Assembly: GCA_039588295.1 (NCBI GenBank)
Contig: JBDHAB010000004.1
Location: 32,001 to 96,000, forward strand
DNA: 64,000 nucleotides
From: Gemmatimonadota bacterium
GTDB lineage: Bacteria; Gemmatimonadota; Gemmatimonadetes; Gemmatimonadales; GWC2-71-9
Reading direction: 5' to 3'
How positions within the stretch are numbered: the first letter of the stretch is position 1; every line of letters starts with the position of its first letter. Below, one piece after another: positions 19,690-32,373 of the stretch. The notes under the pieces are model-generated. The model made no database searches. It was not told the DNA's origin and was given only the letters and a program-made list of their open reading frames with translations. The position numbers were made by a program, and so were the translations under genes.

Positions 19690-20672
19690 GGCGATCGCCG
19701 TTGCGGCTCCTCGAGCAGCCAGCAGCGGACACGTCGCGCTGCGGATTCTTCCGCGAGTGTCGGCAGTTCCGATCCACACCGCTCCCATGCGAGAGCGCAT
19801 CGCGGGTGGAATCGACAGCCGGCTGGCCAGTCGGATGCACGCGGCACGACTCCAGGGATTGCGGTCAGCCGGTGTGCCGGCCGGTCGAGTCGTGGCACGG
19901 CCTGCAACAGGGCGTCGGTATAGGGATGTGATGGTTGGGAGAAGAGGAGCGAGGTTGGAGCTTCCTCGACGATCTGGCCCCCGTACATGACGGCAATACG
20001 ATCCGCGAGGCCGGCAACCACACCGAGATCGTGGGAGATCAGAATCATGGCCATGCCGAGCCGGTGCTTGAGCTCCGCCAGCAACTCGAGGATCTGCGCC
20101 TGTACGGTGACGTCCAATGCGGTGGTCGGCTCGTCGGCGATGAGGATCTTGGGATCACATGCCAGGGCGATTGCGATCATGACGCGTTGCTGGAGTCCGC
20201 CACTCAGTTCGTGCGGATACGCGCGGATCCGGTGCTCGGCGTCGACAATACCGACCAAGTTCAGGAGTTCGACGGCGCGCTGGCGTGCTGCCCGACGACC
20301 GATGGATCGATGCGCCCGGAGCGTCTCGGTCACCTGGGTCCCGACCGACAGCACCGGATTGAGACTCGTAGTCGGCTCCTGGAAAATCATGGCGATCTCG
20401 GCCCCACGGATCCTGCGGAGTTCGCGCGACGACAGTGCCAACAGGTTCACACCGTCGTACTCGACAGTCGCCTCGTCCGCGATGTGGGCCGAGTCGTCGA
20501 GCAATCGCAGGATGGAAAGGGCCGTGACGGTCTTCCCGCAACCGGACTCACCAACGATCGCGAGTGTCTCACCTGGAGCTAGATCGAACGAGACGTCGTC
20601 GACGGCGCGAACCGTTCCCGCGTCTGAGGCGAACGTCGTCCGGAGCCGGCGAACCCTGAGCAGTGCAGTCAT
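19686..20672 (-). CDS. Oligopeptide/dipeptide ABC transporter ATP-binding subunit (OppD/DppD-like)
   Basis: GESGCGKT, YPHELSGG, DEPTTALD and GCRFHPRC motifs. Confidence 0.93.
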   Translation of the reverse strand: MTALLRVRRLRTTFASDAGTVRAVDDVSFDLAPGETLAIVGESGCGKTVTALSILRLLDDSAHIADEATVEYDGVNLLALSSRELRRIRGAEIAMIFQEPTTSLNPVLSVGTQVTETLRAHRSIGRRAARQRAVELLNLVGIVDAEHRIRAYPHELSGGLQQRVMIAIALACDPKILIADEPTTALDVTVQAQILELLAELKHRLGMAMILISHDLGVVAGLADRIAVMYGGQIVEEAPTSLLFSQPSHPYTDALLQAVPRLDRPAHRLTAIPGVVPRASDWPAGCRFHPRCALAWERCGSELPTLAEESAARRVRCWLLEEPQRRSP

Positions 20673-21505
20673 CGGGTCTGGGGATCGATGGCGTCCCGCA
20701 GCCCGTCACCTACGAGGCTGAACCCGATGACGGTCAGCACGATTGCGATGCCCGGGAACGTGGCTATCCACCAGGCCCTCGTGAGCAGAGCCTGGCCATC
20801 GGCGATCATCGTACCCCAAGAGGGCGTCGGCGGCTGCACGCCGATGCCCAGGTAGGAGAGGCCTGCCTCCAGCAACACGATCTGACCGATCCCGAGCGTG
20901 GCGGTGACGATGATGGGCGCCGCCACGTTGGGTAGCAGGTGACGGAACGCGACACGCGGCATGCCAAAGCCCAAGGCACGCGTGGCGACAATAAACTCGC
21001 GTGCCTTGAGGCTCATCACCTCGGCGCGCACGATGCGCGCCACGTCGAACCAACTCGTGAGCCCGATGACCATAATCAACCCAACGAGACCGACGTCATG
21101 CCACAGCGCAAGGACCAGCAGCAGCAGGAACACCCGCGGCACGGCCAGCGCCGCATCCACCAGGCGCATCAAGATCGTATCCAGTACACCGCCGAGCGCG
21201 CCGGAAATCAACCCGAGCGCCGCGCCGACCGTCACGGACAGTGCGACCGACAGCAACGCAACGGACAGCGAGATGCGTGCGCCGTGGAGCACCCGGGCCA
21301 CCATGTCGCGGCTGAAGAAGTCTGTGCCGAAGGGGTGTGCGATCGAAGGCGGCAAGAGCTGGCGATTCGCGAGGTCCAGCTGCACGGACGGGTCGTAGGA
21401 CGCCAGGACAGGGGCGAGGATCGCGAGCCCACCCAGCAGGGCCACCAGCACGAGCCCGACGCGGGCGCGATGTAACGCGAAGAACCGGTGCCACAACTCG
21501 GTCAT
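20669..21505 (-). CDS. Peptide ABC transporter permease (OppC/DppC-like)
   Basis: HPFGTD..RD, RHLLPN and EAGLSYLGIG..PPTPSWG motifs. Confidence 0.93.
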   Translation of the reverse strand: MTELWHRFFALHRARVGLVLVALLGGLAILAPVLASYDPSVQLDLANRQLLPPSIAHPFGTDFFSRDMVARVLHGARISLSVALLSVALSVTVGAALGLISGALGGVLDTILMRLVDAALAVPRVFLLLLVLALWHDVGLVGLIMVIGLTSWFDVARIVRAEVMSLKAREFIVATRALGFGMPRVAFRHLLPNVAAPIIVTATLGIGQIVLLEAGLSYLGIGVQPPTPSWGTMIADGQALLTRAWWIATFPGIAIVLTVIGFSLVGDGLRDAIDPQTR

Positions 21506-22485
21506 GCGGGACGCGTCCGGGGGTCGACCAGCCGGTACAGCACGTCGGCGAGGAGGTTGCCCAGCACCACCATGGTCGCGGTCACGATCGCCGCCCCCGT
21601 CACGACGGCGTAGTCACGACTATGGATCGCATTGACGGCGAGTCGTCCGAGGCCCGGCCACGCAAAGACCGACTCGACGAGCACGGCGCCGGAAAGGAGC
21701 AGGGGGAACGCGAGGCCGAAGAGCGTGATTGTCGGGAGCAAGGCGTTGCGCAGGGCATGCCGCACGATCACGGCTCGCTCTTCGAGGCCCTTCGCACGGG
21801 CGGTGCGCACGAATTCGCGGCGAATCACGTCCAACATTGCGGCCCGCTGATACCGCGCCGTGACAGCGGCGCCGACGAGCCCGAGGGTCACGGCGGGGAG
21901 CACGAGATGTCGCAGCCGATCCACCACCCGGCCGAGCCAGGTGAGTTGCTGATACACCACCGGATCCCTCGGCCCGGCGATTGGGAACCAGTGCAGGGTT
22001 TGGCCGAACACCAGGAGCAGCATGAGTCCCAGCCAGAACACCGGTGTGGAGTAGACGACCAGCGTCGCCACGGACAGGGTGTCGTCCGACCGTGACCCTG
22101 GGCGCGAGCCTTGGAACACCCCGATGAGCACCCCGAGCGGGAACATGATGACGAGCCCCGCGGCCGCGAGGAGCAACGTGTTGGGCACCCGCTCGACAAA
22201 TGCCTCACGAACGGGGCGATGTTGGGTGAAGGAGTAGCCGAAGTCCCCACGGATCAGATTCGCGAGATAGCGGAGGTACTGCTCGTGGATTGGCCGGTCG
22301 AGACCGAAGTTCCTTCGCTGTTGCTCGATGACCTCGGGAGCCACCCGGCCCGATTCGGCAGCGACGGTGAACGGGTTGCCAGGGGCCACCTGGACCAGCA
22401 CGAAGGTGAGGGTGGCGACCACGAACACGATCACGACCCCCTGCGCGGCGCGGGCCGCCAGGAGGCGGGTCAGGCTAGTTCCCAA
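21502..22485 (-). CDS. Peptide ABC transporter permease (OppB/DppB-like)
   Basis: GLDRP..EQY, TARAKGL, RHALRNAL and ESVFAWPGLG; start is TTG 22485 or CTG 22473. Confidence 0.93.
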   Translation of the reverse strand: MGTSLTRLLAARAAQGVVIVFVVATLTFVLVQVAPGNPFTVAAESGRVAPEVIEQQRRNFGLDRPIHEQYLRYLANLIRGDFGYSFTQHRPVREAFVERVPNTLLLAAAGLVIMFPLGVLIGVFQGSRPGSRSDDTLSVATLVVYSTPVFWLGLMLLLVFGQTLHWFPIAGPRDPVVYQQLTWLGRVVDRLRHLVLPAVTLGLVGAAVTARYQRAAMLDVIRREFVRTARAKGLEERAVIVRHALRNALLPTITLFGLAFPLLLSGAVLVESVFAWPGLGRLAVNAIHSRDYAVVTGAAIVTATMVVLGNLLADVLYRLVDPRTRPA

Positions 22486-24136
22486 ACCGGTCGCGACTCA
22501 GCACGCGGGTAGTTGGGACGCTCCACTTCCAGAGGTTCGTGGCCCATTGATCCGGCCGGAGCGACACGTTGTCGAACCGGGTGTGCACGCCGGCCGTCAT
22601 GAGCGGGGAGTAGATCCAGATCGCCGGTGCGTCGTCGATGATTGCCTGGACTGCCTCTCGCCAGCGCCCACGTGCCGTGGTCGCATCGGTCGCCGCGTTC
22701 GCCTCGTTGACGAGCCGATCGACTGTGCCGTTGCGGTAGCCTCCGTAGTTGAATCCCCCGATCGCCGCGGAACTCCAGACCTCCCCCACCGATGCCGGGC
22801 TGATCTCGCCGCCATAGGAACCAAAGAAGGCGTCAAACGCGCCAGAGCGAGCTCGGCTCAGGGCGGCGTTGAACTCCAGCTCGGTGATGGTCACGCCCAC
22901 ACCGATCCGCCGCAACTGATCCTGGATGATCTGCGCCGCGCGACGCCTGACGGTACTCGAGGTTGGGACGAGCAGGTCAAACGCGAGCGATCGACCGGCC
23001 CGATCGAGGATGCCGTCGCCATCGGAGTCCCGCCAGCCGGCTGACGCGAGCGTTGCTCCCGCTTCCGCTGAATCGAACGGCAGCGCCTCGAAGCCCTCGT
23101 TCCAGATCCATAGCGCAGGGCTCACGGGGCCGGGCGGCACCAGACCATGATCTCCGAAGATCGCACGCACGATGGCCTGACGGTCGATGGCGCCTGAGAG
23201 TGCCCGACGAATGACCCGCTCCGAAAACAGCGGGTGTGGTTGGGCCGGTTGGTCGGGGTCCCGGAAGTTGAACTGCACGTACCCGTAAACCGACGATGGG
23301 TAATCGACGACGCGCAGGTGCTCGGCCTCCTCGACCCGCTGCACGTTGTCGGGCCCACCGAGGAAGTTCAACACGTCTGCCTCGCCGGCCACGAGCTGCG
23401 TGAGCGCGGTGGGCATGTCTCCGGTGACACGCCAGATTATGCGCCTCAGGCCGGGACGCCCGAGGAAGAACCCCGAGTCCGCCTCCAGCTCGATGGTCTC
23501 GCCGGCATCCCACCGTACGAAGCGCAGGGGTCCGTTGCCGACCGGGTTTCGGCCGAACGGGTGAGAGGCGAGTTCGCCCCGGGGCACCGTGTCCAGCAGG
23601 TGCTTGGGGACCATGCGCATGTGGTACACCGCGTCGAAGAACTGTTCCGCGTAGGCTTGGCGAAACCGGAACACCGCTGTGTGTGTGTCGCGAGCGGACA
23701 CGGAGCTGATGCGATCGAGTCGTGAGCTCGCAGTCGACGCGACCAGGGTGTCACGATACACATCGAATGTGAAGGCGACGTCCTCGGCAGTGACGGGAGC
23801 GCCGTCGTGCCAGCGCGCATCGGCTCGCAGGGTGATCTCGAGCGTTAAAGGGTCCACGAATTGCCAGGAGTCCGCGAGCACCGGCACAAAATCCGCATCA
23901 CCGATGGTACCGAGCGACGGGCCGACGTCCGCCAGCTTGAGAAACAGCAGGTCGCTGACGGCGATTCCGACATCCTGCTGCGTGACTGGTGGGAGCAGGA
24001 CGTCTGCATCCGCCCCGACCACGACCACGGCCGTACCGCACCAGTCACCTTCACAGGTGAGTTCCGCGCCGCACGACCAGCTCGTTGTGAGGACCGTGAG
24101 CGCCGTCAGGAGTTGGCGAAACTGAGGGTAGCGCAT
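22475..24136 (-). CDS. Peptide ABC transporter substrate-binding lipoprotein (SBP family 5)
   Basis: Lipobox SWSC; WHDGAPVTAEDVAFTF, PVGNGP and RRAL..AIDR motifs. Confidence 0.92.
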   Translation of the reverse strand: MRYPQFRQLLTALTVLTTSWSCGAELTCEGDWCGTAVVVVGADADVLLPPVTQQDVGIAVSDLLFLKLADVGPSLGTIGDADFVPVLADSWQFVDPLTLEITLRADARWHDGAPVTAEDVAFTFDVYRDTLVASTASSRLDRISSVSARDTHTAVFRFRQAYAEQFFDAVYHMRMVPKHLLDTVPRGELASHPFGRNPVGNGPLRFVRWDAGETIELEADSGFFLGRPGLRRIIWRVTGDMPTALTQLVAGEADVLNFLGGPDNVQRVEEAEHLRVVDYPSSVYGYVQFNFRDPDQPAQPHPLFSERVIRRALSGAIDRQAIVRAIFGDHGLVPPGPVSPALWIWNEGFEALPFDSAEAGATLASAGWRDSDGDGILDRAGRSLAFDLLVPTSSTVRRRAAQIIQDQLRRIGVGVTITELEFNAALSRARSGAFDAFFGSYGGEISPASVGEVWSSAAIGGFNYGGYRNGTVDRLVNEANAATDATTARGRWREAVQAIIDDAPAIWIYSPLMTAGVHTRFDNVSLRPDQWATNLWKWSVPTTRVLSRDRFGN

Positions 24137-24162
24137 GTGTGGCTCACCCCTTCGGGATGGGA

Positions 24163-25016
24163 TCAGCGGCGCCACGTCCACGTGGGGTCACGAAAACGTG
24201 TAGTCGCGTCCTCGAGCGGCTCCGGCTGCGCGCGGGTCCACACCGTGCCCCATGCATCGTATGCGGTCTCCGCAATCACCCGGGCCACCTCCGTGAAGGC
24301 CACCCTGCGACCGAGCAACGCCGAGAGGCCTGTGGCCGTCGGCGGCTCCGCCACGCCTCGGATGACCTGTGATACGACGTCCTGACCGTCCTCGAGGAGG
24401 ATGGACCCGTGCTGCAACAACGCTTCCCCCTCACGGACTTGGGCGCTGCCCACCAGCTTGCGCCCCCCGACGACAATCTCGCCACCCACGGGTTGTGCGA
24501 AACATGCACCGCCCCCTGGCCCCACCGACCGGTGATGAGAGCGCGGCGCCAGCTTGGCGGGGACGCCGAGTCGTTGCAGCGCCGTCGCCAGCATTCCGTG
24601 AATGCTAATGTATGCCTCGTGGAGCGATCCGAACAATGCGCTCGGAGCCGACACGGCATAGGTGACCTCGTGCTCGTGCCACACCGCACGACCGCCGGTC
24701 GGCCGTCGGACGGTGTCGAGCCCGAGGGCAGCGATGCGGTCTCGGTCGTACCGGCTCGTTGCGGGCTCGTTTCGGCCGAAGGACAAGCACGGCGGGGACC
24801 AGCGATAGAGTCGCAGCGACGCTATGCCGTCCTGCGCCGCGCGGAGCAGCGTCCAGTCGAGCGCCATGTTGTCGGCGCCGGCACGGGCGTCGGTGTCCAC
24901 CACCAGCTGCCAACGCCCGCGGGCGCTCCAGCGCTGCTGCCGGCTCGTGCTTGCGTGCTGCGGCGTGGTCACCCCCGAGGCGGTGATGCCGGAGGACTGC
25001 CGTGTCGCGCCGCTCG

Positions 25017-25020
<4 letters not shown>
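24163..25020 (-). CDS. Lipoate-protein ligase family octanoyltransferase, LipM-like
   Basis: [26 protein letters not shown] (LipM-type Cys), KLVGSAQ and QHGSI; no LplA C-terminal domain; the true start may be downstream. Confidence 0.85.
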
Positions 25021-27923
<2,903 letters not shown>

Positions 27924-28015
27924 GGATGTCTACCCCATTATGCAAGCGCCCCGGGGGGTCCCAGGGCGCCGTTCGATCAAATCGCTTGTCCGTCCCCCCC
28001 AGCCTCGCCGCGCCG

Positions 28016-28408
28016 CTACTCCCCGATGTGTGATGCGTAGTCGGCGGCGGTCAGGAGCGGGCTCAGATCCTCGGGATTGCGGATCTGCAGCTTGATCATC
28101 CAGCCCTCGCCGTACGGGTCGCGGTTGACCAACGCCGGATCACTCTCGAGGGCGCCGTTGACTTCGACGACCTCGCCTGCTATCGGGCAGAACAACTGCG
28201 AAACCGCCTTCACCGCTTCGATGGTGCCGAACACATCCATTTGACTGAGGCTCGTCGCGACCTCGGGTAGTTCGACATAGACGATGTCCCCGAGTTCTCC
28301 CTGTGCGTAGTCAGTGATCCCGACCACGACGACCCCGCTGTCTTCGGGTTTCACGTACTCGTGTTCTTCGGTGTAATGCAGGTTCTCAGGAATCTCGGAC
28401 ATTGGCAT
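28016..28408 (-). CDS. gcvH: Glycine cleavage system H protein
   Basis: YTEEHEY, GITDYAQGELGD, EAVKA (lipoyl-Lys) and DPYGEGW. Confidence 0.96.
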   Translation of the reverse strand: MPMSEIPENLHYTEEHEYVKPEDSGVVVVGITDYAQGELGDIVYVELPEVATSLSQMDVFGTIEAVKAVSQLFCPIAGEVVEVNGALESDPALVNRDPYGEGWMIKLQIRNPEDLSPLLTAADYASHIGE

Positions 28409-28463
28409 TCCGCCGTTGAGGACTCAGTTGGCGAGGGTAGGTTATCTGGCGTCCCATACCCTG

Positions 28464-29711
28464 TCAACTGCCGTTGATTACCGCGAACAGGTCCCACAGG
28501 GGAGCCCCGAACTGCTCGCGTGCTCGATACCACTCACGGTTGATCTGCAGGGCGGTCGCGAGGGTCTGGGTGCCAACCAGCCCGCACGCGGGTGGCAGAT
28601 CCCGGACCGCGGACCGCTTGGTCTCGCTCCAGGGTCGGATGTCCACGCCCGCGGCGATGCCGTCAGCTGCAAGCGCTGACACCATTTCCTGAGCGGGTGG
28701 TTCGGGTACCGACGGCGACGCGATGTAGTAGAGCGCGGCGGATGAGCCGGTTGCGCTCCATGCCTCATCAACCCACGCATGTACCGCTTGATGGTCGGGA
28801 TGGCCGTTCATGCCGTCCGGGCCGAACGTTACCAGCACCGCAGGGTCTTCGGCGCGGATCCGGTCCGTGAGTCGCTGGGTGACCGTCGTGTCGCTCCGGT
28901 CGAACGCACCCGAAAACGTGGCGAGCGAGCTCCAGATGACGGTGGGGTGCAAGGAGCCGGCTGGGGGCCGGGGCGCGGCTGCCATCGAGATCACGTGCAC
29001 GGCACACCCCGCGTCGGCATAGCGAGCCAGGGTGCCACCCACCGCGAACGGTGCATCGGCAGGGTGTGCGACGACCACGAGCAAGCTTCCCCCCTTACCA
29101 GCCGCCTGGCGCGCGGCGCCGGTCCGCACGGTGTGCCATGCCTCGCGAGCGGCCTGCTCGAGATCTCCCAGGGTACCATGGTTCTGGATGATCACGTGAC
29201 TGCGTGCCCGTTTCGCTTCGGTCGGCTGTTGCGAGCGGAGCAAACGGTCCGCCTCGGAGGTCGAGAGATCCCGTGTGGCGATCAGTCGGTCTCGACGTAC
29301 TGATTCCGGCGTGTCTACCAGCACGATGAGATCGAACGCACGGGGATCGAGTGCCTCGAAGAGCAAAGGGATGTCATTCACCACGACGAGGTCGCCGCGA
29401 CGGGCGGCCACCGCGGCGAGCTCGTCTCGCTTTCGCCGAACGGCGGGGTGCACGATCGCATTGAGGTCGGCGAGGGCCGCCGGGTCGCCCATGACGAGGC
29501 GCCGGAGCGCGCCCCGGTCGAGGGAGCCATCGCGCGTGATGATCTCGGAGCCGAATCGGTCTCCGATGTCGCGCACGACCGCCGAGCCCGGCTGCTGCAC
29601 CGCCCGCACGAGCTTGTCCGCGTCGATGGTGGTCGCGCCCCAGTCCCGGAAGTGTCGCAGCACCGTCGACTTGCCGCTGGCGACGTTGCCCGTCAGTCCG
29701 ACGTTGAACAC
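28464..29711 (-). CDS. coaE: Dephospho-CoA kinase fused to a C-terminal PIG-L/LmbE-like domain
   Basis: GLTGNVASGKST, IDAD, LNAIVHP and DIPLLFE (CoaE), continuing in frame into VAHPADA..GGTLARY and TFGPDGMNGHPDH (PIG-L). Confidence 0.88.
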   Translation of the reverse strand: MFNVGLTGNVASGKSTVLRHFRDWGATTIDADKLVRAVQQPGSAVVRDIGDRFGSEIITRDGSLDRGALRRLVMGDPAALADLNAIVHPAVRRKRDELAAVAARRGDLVVVNDIPLLFEALDPRAFDLIVLVDTPESVRRDRLIATRDLSTSEADRLLRSQQPTEAKRARSHVIIQNHGTLGDLEQAAREAWHTVRTGAARQAAGKGGSLLVVVAHPADAPFAVGGTLARYADAGCAVHVISMAAAPRPPAGSLHPTVIWSSLATFSGAFDRSDTTVTQRLTDRIRAEDPAVLVTFGPDGMNGHPDHQAVHAWVDEAWSATGSSAALYYIASPSVPEPPAQEMVSALAADGIAAGVDIRPWSETKRSAVRDLPPACGLVGTQTLATALQINREWYRAREQFGAPLWDLFAVINGS

Positions 29712-29778
29712 GGCGATGCGTTGTTCGAGGAGGACACGGTCAGCTGCCTGCTCGTGGTCCGCGTGTGGCCGACATCCT

Positions 29779-30381
29779 TCACAGAAACGTCGTCTGATCC
29801 TCGTCCTTGCGGGGAACCTCGTGGCAATGGCGGCAGCGTGCTTCGTAGGCCTCGCTCCCGCCGACCATGATCGTCGGTGAGTCGTACCGAGCCGGTCGAC
29901 CATCGATGAGCCGCTGGTTTCGGCAGGCGGGATCGCCGCACCGGACGCAGATCGCGTGGAGCTTATCGACCACCTCGGCGACGGCCATGAGTTCGGGTAT
30001 GGCGCCGAACGGCTCGCCGCGGAAGTCTGTATCCGTCCCGGCCACGATCACCCGCACGCCGCGTCGCGCGAGCGCCGTGCAGACGTCGATGATGCCCTGG
30101 TCGAGGAATTGCGCCTCATCGACGGCCACGACTTCGGCCTCCGGCCGGATCTCACGCATGATCTCGGACGAGGAATCCGCGGGCTGGGCCTCGACCGAGA
30201 GACCGTCGTGCGTTGTCACTCGGTAGAGGCCGTAGCGATCATCCACATGCGACTTGAACACCTGCACCCGTTTCTTGGCGATGATGGCGCGGCGCACGCG
30301 GCGGATCAGCTCCTCGCTTTTCCCGGCAAACATCACGCCGGTGATGATCTCGATCCATCCGGGTTGTGTGCTGTGAACCAT
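29779..30381 (-). CDS. tdk: Thymidine kinase
   Basis: [24 protein letters not shown] and the CVRC...CRHC zinc site. Confidence 0.95.
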   Translation of the reverse strand: MVHSTQPGWIEIITGVMFAGKSEELIRRVRRAIIAKKRVQVFKSHVDDRYGLYRVTTHDGLSVEAQPADSSSEIMREIRPEAEVVAVDEAQFLDQGIIDVCTALARRGVRVIVAGTDTDFRGEPFGAIPELMAVAEVVDKLHAICVRCGDPACRNQRLIDGRPARYDSPTIMVGGSEAYEARCRHCHEVPRKDEDQTTFL

Positions 30382-30559
30382 TGATCCGCCGTTCCGGTCC
30401 CCACGTGGAGAGGCTATCGCTTTGGTCCCAATGCGGCAAGCGGGTTGCCAAGAACCGCCGCCTCTCCTTACTTAGTCTCCTGCGTTGCCGGTCCGTGGAC
30501 CGGCGGACCAAGCGGTCTTGGCCGCTCGTCTCAATCCTATCGCCAAAAGGGGGTTCTGG

Positions 30560-30841
30560 GTGAACAAGACGGAACTGATCGAGACGCTCGCGTCGCAGGC
30601 GGGCCTCTCGAAGGCGGATGCCGGTCGCGCTGTCGAGGCTCTGTTTGCGGACGACGGACTCATCGCCAACACGCTGAAACGCGGCGGTCGGGTTCAGATC
30701 ACGGGATTTGGAACGTTCGTGGCACGAAAGCGTGCGGCCCGCACCGGCCGGGATCCCCGGACCGGCCAGAGCATTCAGATTGGTGCGGCCACACTGCCGG
30801 CGTTCAAGGCCGGGCAAGCCCTGAAGGACGCGCTGAACTAA
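30560..30841 (+). CDS. hup: DNA-binding protein HU
   Basis: MNKTELI, GFGTF, RAARTGRDPRTG and PAFKAGQALKD; GTG start after AGGGGG. Confidence 0.95.
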   Translation: MNKTELIETLASQAGLSKADAGRAVEALFADDGLIANTLKRGGRVQITGFGTFVARKRAARTGRDPRTGQSIQIGAATLPAFKAGQALKDALN

Positions 30842-30854
30842 AGACTTGCGGACT

Positions 30855-30888
30855 CGGTCGGCGGGCGGGTCATGCCGCCCGCCGACCG
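30855..30888. terminator. Hairpin after hup, between convergent genes
   Basis: CGGTCGGCGGGCGG-GTCATG-CCGCCCGCCGACCG, a perfect 14-bp stem. Confidence 0.7.
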
Positions 30889-30933
30889 TCGTTCATGCGG
30901 GCCGGTGTCCGATCCCTCTCCGCCGGTCGGCCG

Positions 30934-32262
30934 CTACTTGCGATCGAACCGTGCGGACACCGTTCGCCCGCGTAACGTGAGCCCGTCTAACCCCTGCCGC
31001 GCCCGCTCGCCGGCTTCGGCGCGCACCTCCACCACCGTGAAGCTCTCGCGAACGTCGACTTTCCCGACGGCGTTCTTGGTGAGCCCGGCGGCATTGAGCA
31101 ACGCTCCGACCACGTCGGACGTCCGCACCTGATCGCGGCGCCCGAGGCTGAGGCGTACGTGCGTCCAGAGGGGGAGATCGCCGAGGCCGGTGGGCCCGGT
31201 GGGCGTGCCCGTTGGCGGTATCTCGACCATCGCGGCCGCCACGAGCACCGGATCGTACTCCTCGAGCAGTGGGGACAGCGCCAGCACGGTGGGCTCGATG
31301 GTTCCTTGGTCAATGCGCTCGCGCACGCGTTGCCGCAGCGCCGCTTGCCACTCGCGGGCGCGATCCGATTCCCCGGGCAGGCGCAGCGCCGTCAAGCGGT
31401 CCACCATAGAACGGAGGTAGGAGAGTTGCCCCGGTCGGACGAGGAGGATGACTTCGCTCGCCGACTCGCGGAGTCCGGCAAGCATCGCCGCCGTCGGCAG
31501 CTCGGCGGCCACGGCGAGGTCGACCGTCGCGGCGCCAGGATCCTCGGTCACGGTGACCGATTCGTCTTCCTCGTATTCGGCCCACCGGGCCTGACGCGCC
31601 GAGGATGGATCCCACAGAAGCACCGAGTCCGGGTTGGTGATGTCCAGGACGGTGCGGACACCCGCGACCACGCGCGCGGCGGGTACGATGGCGTACCGCG
31701 CCGAGCCGCGTGGCAGGTCCGGTGGCCGTGCCGCGGAAAGTACTGCGGCCCGCCGTGCATGGCGCTCGACAAAATCCGCAGCCGCCCGCTCGTCCGCAGT
31801 GACGATAATGCGCTGAGCGCTCCGGCACTCGCTGAGCAGCGAGTCGAGCGCGGGGCCGGAGTCGAGGGGGAGCTGTGCCTCTGGCCAGCAGACGAGGATT
31901 CGGGCGAGTGATTCCACTTGGAGCTGCGATCGTGCGAGCAGCTGAAGCGCCTGCTGGGGTGTGGTGATAAGGGTGCCGACCGCAGACCGGCCGAGGAGTC
32001 GCGCGCTGCGGTCGAGGCCGGAGACCGCATGCGTCCTCCCGAGGGATGCCGTAGACGCGACGTCGTCGCGCAGCTCAACGGCCGTTTGGGAATCCGCCAC
32101 CACGATCAGGGTGTGCATTCCGCTGCCGGAGGACACCGGCAGCTGCTCGAGCAACGGCCGCAGGATCCAACCCGCCGGTGGCGCCACATAGATGAAAGGC
32201 CTTCCACGATCCAACGCCGCTTGGTGCGCGGCATCGAACTCGAGCGCAAACGTCCAGGACAC
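30934..32262 (-). CDS. Degenerate DEAD-box-like protein with C-terminal DbpA RNA-binding domain
   Basis: C-terminal LSLGRRDQVRTSDVVGALLN..GKVDVRESFTVVEV matches the DbpA RBD; N-terminal helicase motifs are eroded; GAGGGG RBS then GTG 32262. Confidence 0.75.
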   Translation of the reverse strand: MSWTFALEFDAAHQAALDRGRPFIYVAPPAGWILRPLLEQLPVSSGSGMHTLIVVADSQTAVELRDDVASTASLGRTHAVSGLDRSARLLGRSAVGTLITTPQQALQLLARSQLQVESLARILVCWPEAQLPLDSGPALDSLLSECRSAQRIIVTADERAAADFVERHARRAAVLSAARPPDLPRGSARYAIVPAARVVAGVRTVLDITNPDSVLLWDPSSARQARWAEYEEDESVTVTEDPGAATVDLAVAAELPTAAMLAGLRESASEVILLVRPGQLSYLRSMVDRLTALRLPGESDRAREWQAALRQRVRERIDQGTIEPTVLALSPLLEEYDPVLVAAAMVEIPPTGTPTGPTGLGDLPLWTHVRLSLGRRDQVRTSDVVGALLNAAGLTKNAVGKVDVRESFTVVEVRAEAGERARQGLDGLTLRGRTVSARFDRK

Positions 32263-32373
32263 GGTCCCCTCGGTTGTCAAAGAAGCGGTGGTGGTACGCG
32301 CTACCGAAGGATGGTAGTTTGCACGGGGGCTGAGTGCAACGTCGCATCGGTTTCGTCCCACGAAAGGGCGCGG

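Noticed and set aside
27924..28463. Glycine riboswitch near gcvH/gcvP
   Set aside because: The intergenic gaps are short and I found no glycine aptamer signature.
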